Assembly (NCBI GenBank): GCA_965204285.1
Contig: CBDBEI010000008.1
Span: forward strand, 42,994-106,993
Length of the DNA stretch: 64,000 bases
Direction: 5' to 3'
From: Candidatus Poribacteria bacterium
Lineage (GTDB): Bacteria; Poribacteria; WGA-4E; WGA-3G
Of this stretch, positions 60,638 through 64,000 are shown piece after piece (position 1 is the stretch's first letter; each line of letters opens with the position of its first letter). Both the position numbers and the translations under genes were made by a program. The notes under the pieces are model-generated. The model ran no database searches. It was not told where the DNA came from and saw nothing but the letters and a program-made list of their open reading frames with translations.

Positions 60638-62578
60638 TCATCGTATTTTCCATAAAAGTATAGTTCCATCGTTGCTGGCGGTGGCAAGTATATTTCCATT
60701 TGGCGAAAAAGTGGCAGCGTTCACACCTGATGTATGTCCTTTGAGTGTTGCGATGTTTTTCTGTATGGATATGTGATATAACAGTGTAGTTCCATTAGAT
60801 ATTCCGATAGCGATGAGTGTGCCATCGGGTGAGAATCGGATGCAGGTTGCCCGCTTATTCGGTATTTCTATGACGATTTTTTCGTTTTTTGTGTTGATGT
60901 CCCATACTCGGACAGTATTGCGTTCTCCGATACTTGCTAAGAGCGTGCCATTGGGTGAAAATGCCATGACATTATCACTGACTAAGAAGGGTGTAGGTGT
61001 TTTCAGTGTTGTCCTGATTTTGCTTGTTTGAATATCCCATAAGTGTATTGTTGTTCCATGATAGGATGTAGCAAGCGTTGTGCCATCGGGTGAAAATTGT
61101 CCAGCGTAGACTTGTAGTGTATCGTCTTGTTTGAGCGTTGTTATTTTTCGTCCTGTTTGTGTGTCCCATAATCGAACTGGCTTGTTATGCCATGGTGCTG
61201 TAGCGATCGTTTTGGCATCTGGTGAAAGTGCGATAGTAGGGAATGCGTGACGTCCATCGCCGAGTGTTTTTTTAGGTATTCTGATGTGTGCCAAGCGTTT
61301 GCTGGCATCGAAGCGTTTCACTATTCCATATCGGGTTGCGGTAACGATAGCGTTGTTATCTATGTCGACCCCGATGTCAATAATATCCCCAAAATCAAGT
61401 ATACCGAGTGTTGCTGTATGTTTTTTCGTGTGAGTGTCCCATAAGTATGCCAGCCCCCCTCTATTCCCTGAAACGATAGTTTTTTTGTCCGGTAAGAATG
61501 TTAGACACGAAACAGATGAGGTATGCCCTATAATCGTTGTTCTGAGTTTTTGTGTTTGTATGTTCCATAACTTGATAGTATTATCCACACTCCCGGCAGT
61601 TGCGAGCGTATTTCCATCGGGTGAAAATGCGACGGACAGTGCTCCTTTGCCATCATCTTCAAATGTGATTTTATGTTTCCCCGTATTTGCGTTGAAGAGG
61701 TGTGCTGCCTCATAATCTCCGATAGCGATTGTGTTTCCATCCGGAGAGATCGTGACGAAATGGATGTCGCCTATAATATCCTGATTTGTGATTGTCATTT
61801 TGTGGGATCTATTGGTTGCGTCCCATAATTTGACTGTATCGTCTGAACTGGCTGTGACGATTGTGTTCCCATCGGGTAGAAACCCAGCGTAGACAATCTC
61901 TTGTTGATGTTCGGTGTGTAAGATTTTGCTCTGTCCCGTTTTCATATCCCACAATAACACATCTAATTTTATCTGTGCGATTGAACCCGTGACATCACTA
62001 ATACTTACGAGCCTATTCCTATCGGGTGAAAATGCGACGGAAGTTACGGTTCTTGTTTTTTCTTTGAGTATGGTTCTCTGCTGTCTTGTGGGTATATCCC
62101 AGAACAGGAGTGTCGCACCTTCTTCTTGATTTAAAGGATAACTCCCTGAAGCGAGTGTCGTGCCATCCGGCGAAAATGCGACACATTTAACATAAGTTGG
62201 GTGTCCTTTCAGCACAGTGATCGGCAGTCCTGTGATGACGTCCCACAACCGCACTGTCCCATCTCTGCTTCCACTTGCGAGTGTCGTGCCATCGGGTGAA
62301 AACGCGATGGAAGTAACCTTTCGTGTGTGTCCGATAAGTAGGTCAAGCGGTTTGGGCTGCTCGGCGCGCGCATCGTATATCCAAATGCCGATAGAAGTTG
62401 CGACTGCCAGCCGAGAACCGTCCGGTGAGAAAGCGATATTCCCTGTGATCCGACCTTTACCCAGCCGTGCTGCAGCACCTTGAGGTAATCCCCAAGTAGT
62501 GTAATCTTGAGCAGCTACGTTTGCGTGCCACAGCGGAATAGTTAACAATAGAATGATAAGGTAGACATTATTTTTCAT
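60638..62578 (-). CDS. Secreted WD40-repeat protein
   Basis: Signal peptide ending VAA-QD; canonical GH...WD repeats. Confidence 0.92.
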   Translation of the reverse strand: MKNNVYLIILLLTIPLWHANVAAQDYTTWGLPQGAAARLGKGRITGNIAFSPDGSRLAVATSIGIWIYDARAEQPKPLDLLIGHTRKVTSIAFSPDGTTLASGSRDGTVRLWDVITGLPITVLKGHPTYVKCVAFSPDGTTLASGSYPLNQEEGATLLFWDIPTRQQRTILKEKTRTVTSVAFSPDRNRLVSISDVTGSIAQIKLDVLLWDMKTGQSKILHTEHQQEIVYAGFLPDGNTIVTASSDDTVKLWDATNRSHKMTITNQDIIGDIHFVTISPDGNTIAIGDYEAAHLFNANTGKHKITFEDDGKGALSVAFSPDGNTLATAGSVDNTIKLWNIQTQKLRTTIIGHTSSVSCLTFLPDKKTIVSGNRGGLAYLWDTHTKKHTATLGILDFGDIIDIGVDIDNNAIVTATRYGIVKRFDASKRLAHIRIPKKTLGDGRHAFPTIALSPDAKTIATAPWHNKPVRLWDTQTGRKITTLKQDDTLQVYAGQFSPDGTTLATSYHGTTIHLWDIQTSKIRTTLKTPTPFLVSDNVMAFSPNGTLLASIGERNTVRVWDINTKNEKIVIEIPNKRATCIRFSPDGTLIAIGISNGTTLLYHISIQKNIATLKGHTSGVNAATFSPNGNILATASNDGTILLWKIR

Positions 62579-62755
62579 GAACAAGTTGTTCTCTGAATTT
62601 ATGCTTTTCATTATACCATCTGCCTGTATCTTTTCTTTCAATTTTTTCAATTATATTTTTTGGAGTCCCGTCTTCCCCATAAAGTTTGACATTTTGATGT
62701 GGTAATTGTAGTATTATTTGACATTTATGAATTTGCTTTGATGGAGGCTGTTTTA

Positions 62756-64000
62756 ATGAAGTTGTTATCGAATACTTGGCTGGGCGTTATGCCTGTTATT
62801 TTCATATTTCTATCTATCTGTGTGGGGTGTTCTGCCCCGGTAGTACCCGATCCGAACTTGGCTGCGTTGGTGCGAATGCACCTTAAATTGGATGCGGATA
62901 AACCTATCCAAGAAAAAGACCTGAAAAAAGTAGAAAGTCTATTGGCTGCTGGGGGCGAAGGTATCCGCGACCTCACCGGCATAGAAAAGATGCCGAACTT
63001 GAAAGAGTTAACACTCACAAACAATCAAATTGTAGACATTACACCGCTACAGAACTTAACACAACTAAAGTCCTTAAATCTGTCGCGTAATCGGATTGAA
63101 AATCTAAACTCCTTGACCAACCTGACACAACTCACCGAATTAGACCTATCTTTCAATCAGGTTCGGGATATAACGCCCATCGGGGAACTGACACAACTCG
63201 TGCATCTAAATTTAGAACATAATAACCTTAATATTAATAATGGTATACATTTTACGGGTCGTTCATTGTTTGGCGGTGGCATTCCGATTTTTGATGGCAC
63301 TCCGCTTTTTATCAATAATCCTCATATTCTTGACGTGACACCGCTTGCGGATCTAACGCAGCTTAGATACTTAGACCTGTCTGGTTATCATTTTAGTGAC
63401 GTGACACCGCTTGCGGATCTAACGCAGCTTTCCGTTCTGTTTCTGACGAATAGTAACATTCGCGATATTACGCCGTTGGCAGACATGACACAACTTACGG
63501 GACTATCGCTAAGGTTCAATGAAATCAGTGACATGACACCGCTTTCTGAAATGCGGTTGCTAACAATGTTATTCTTAGATGGCAATAAAATCAGGGATAT
63601 AAAACCGCTTGCGGGCATGACAAAACTGGTGTCGTTGTCTTTTGGCTATAACGAAGTAGACGATATTCGCCCACTTGCGGGGATGACGAAACTGGAGGGG
63701 TTACATTTTGAAGATAATGAAGTAGCTGATATTCGTCCGCTTGCGGGGATGACAGAACTGATCCATTTAAACTTTTCACATAATCGCGTTAGTCTTCTTT
63801 CTGCGTTTGGTACAGCCGTAAAAGGATTTGCGAAACTGACGCATTTAGCAGCAGGGCACAATCGATTGCTTGACCTAACGCCACTAAGTGAACTCACGCA
63901 GTTGGTAGATTTATCGCTGGAGCATAATCAACTTCGTGATATTACCCCGCTTGCCAACCTGACACAACTCACAATCTTAAAGCTTCATGATAACGAAATT
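62756..64000 (+). CDS. Internalin-like leucine-rich-repeat lipoprotein (partial)
   Basis: GGAGG RBS; MKLLSNTW...ICVGC lipobox; PDPNL cap; 22-aa L..L.L..N.I.DI.PL repeats; runs off window. Confidence 0.9.
   Translation, partial: MKLLSNTWLGVMPVIFIFLSICVGCSAPVVPDPNLAALVRMHLKLDADKPIQEKDLKKVESLLAAGGEGIRDLTGIEKMPNLKELTLTNNQIVDITPLQNLTQLKSLNLSRNRIENLNSLTNLTQLTELDLSFNQVRDITPIGELTQLVHLNLEHNNLNINNGIHFTGRSLFGGGIPIFDGTPLFINNPHILDVTPLADLTQLRYLDLSGYHFSDVTPLADLTQLSVLFLTNSNIRDITPLADMTQLTGLSLRFNEISDMTPLSEMRLLTMLFLDGNKIRDIKPLAGMTKLVSLSFGYNEVDDIRPLAGMTKLEGLHFEDNEVADIRPLAGMTELIHLNFSHNRVSLLSAFGTAVKGFAKLTHLAAGHNRLLDLTPLSELTQLVDLSLEHNQLRDITPLANLTQLTILKLHDNEI

Overview
Bacterial DNA rich in eukaryote-like repeat proteins (WD40 with LPEGA.ARLG.G N-termini, TPR, internalin-type LRR, and a secreted protein ending in 'L.T.W..MK'). 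This is reminiscent of sponge-associated Ca. Poribacteria, which is an inference only. (1) 1-31.6 kb is a minus-strand tandem array of ten cassettes: [sigma70 promoter - ~150-170 aa exported peptide with a conserved leader and an invariant 12-Cys framework around hypervariable loops - ~660-750 aa WD40 protein without signal peptide]. It holds 11 WD40 genes in three subfamilies, with mosaic recombination, pseudogenes and IS982-type insertions; it looks like an undescribed polymorphic two-gene system. (2) 31.7-38.3 kb is a glycan locus (GT2, Fkp-like fucokinase/GDP-fucose pyrophosphorylase, flippase-like membrane protein) bracketed by a ~0.6 kb duplication. (3) 38.3-45.4 kb carries two unannotated homologous basic micro-ORFs, a frameshifted zinc protease, two IS1595-family elements, HtrA, a lipoprotein and an orphan cas6 fragment. 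(4) ~45.4-60.5 kb is a plasmid-like island: ParA/RHH with palindromic sites, AbrB/PIN, PLD-SNF2 helicase, Eco57I-like methyltransferase, a ~30-repeat TPR protein whose tail resembles a Doc antitoxin helix and which overlaps a Doc toxin gene, and a Rep-like protein with iteron-like repeats. (5) A secreted WD40 protein and a partial LRR lipoprotein end the window.
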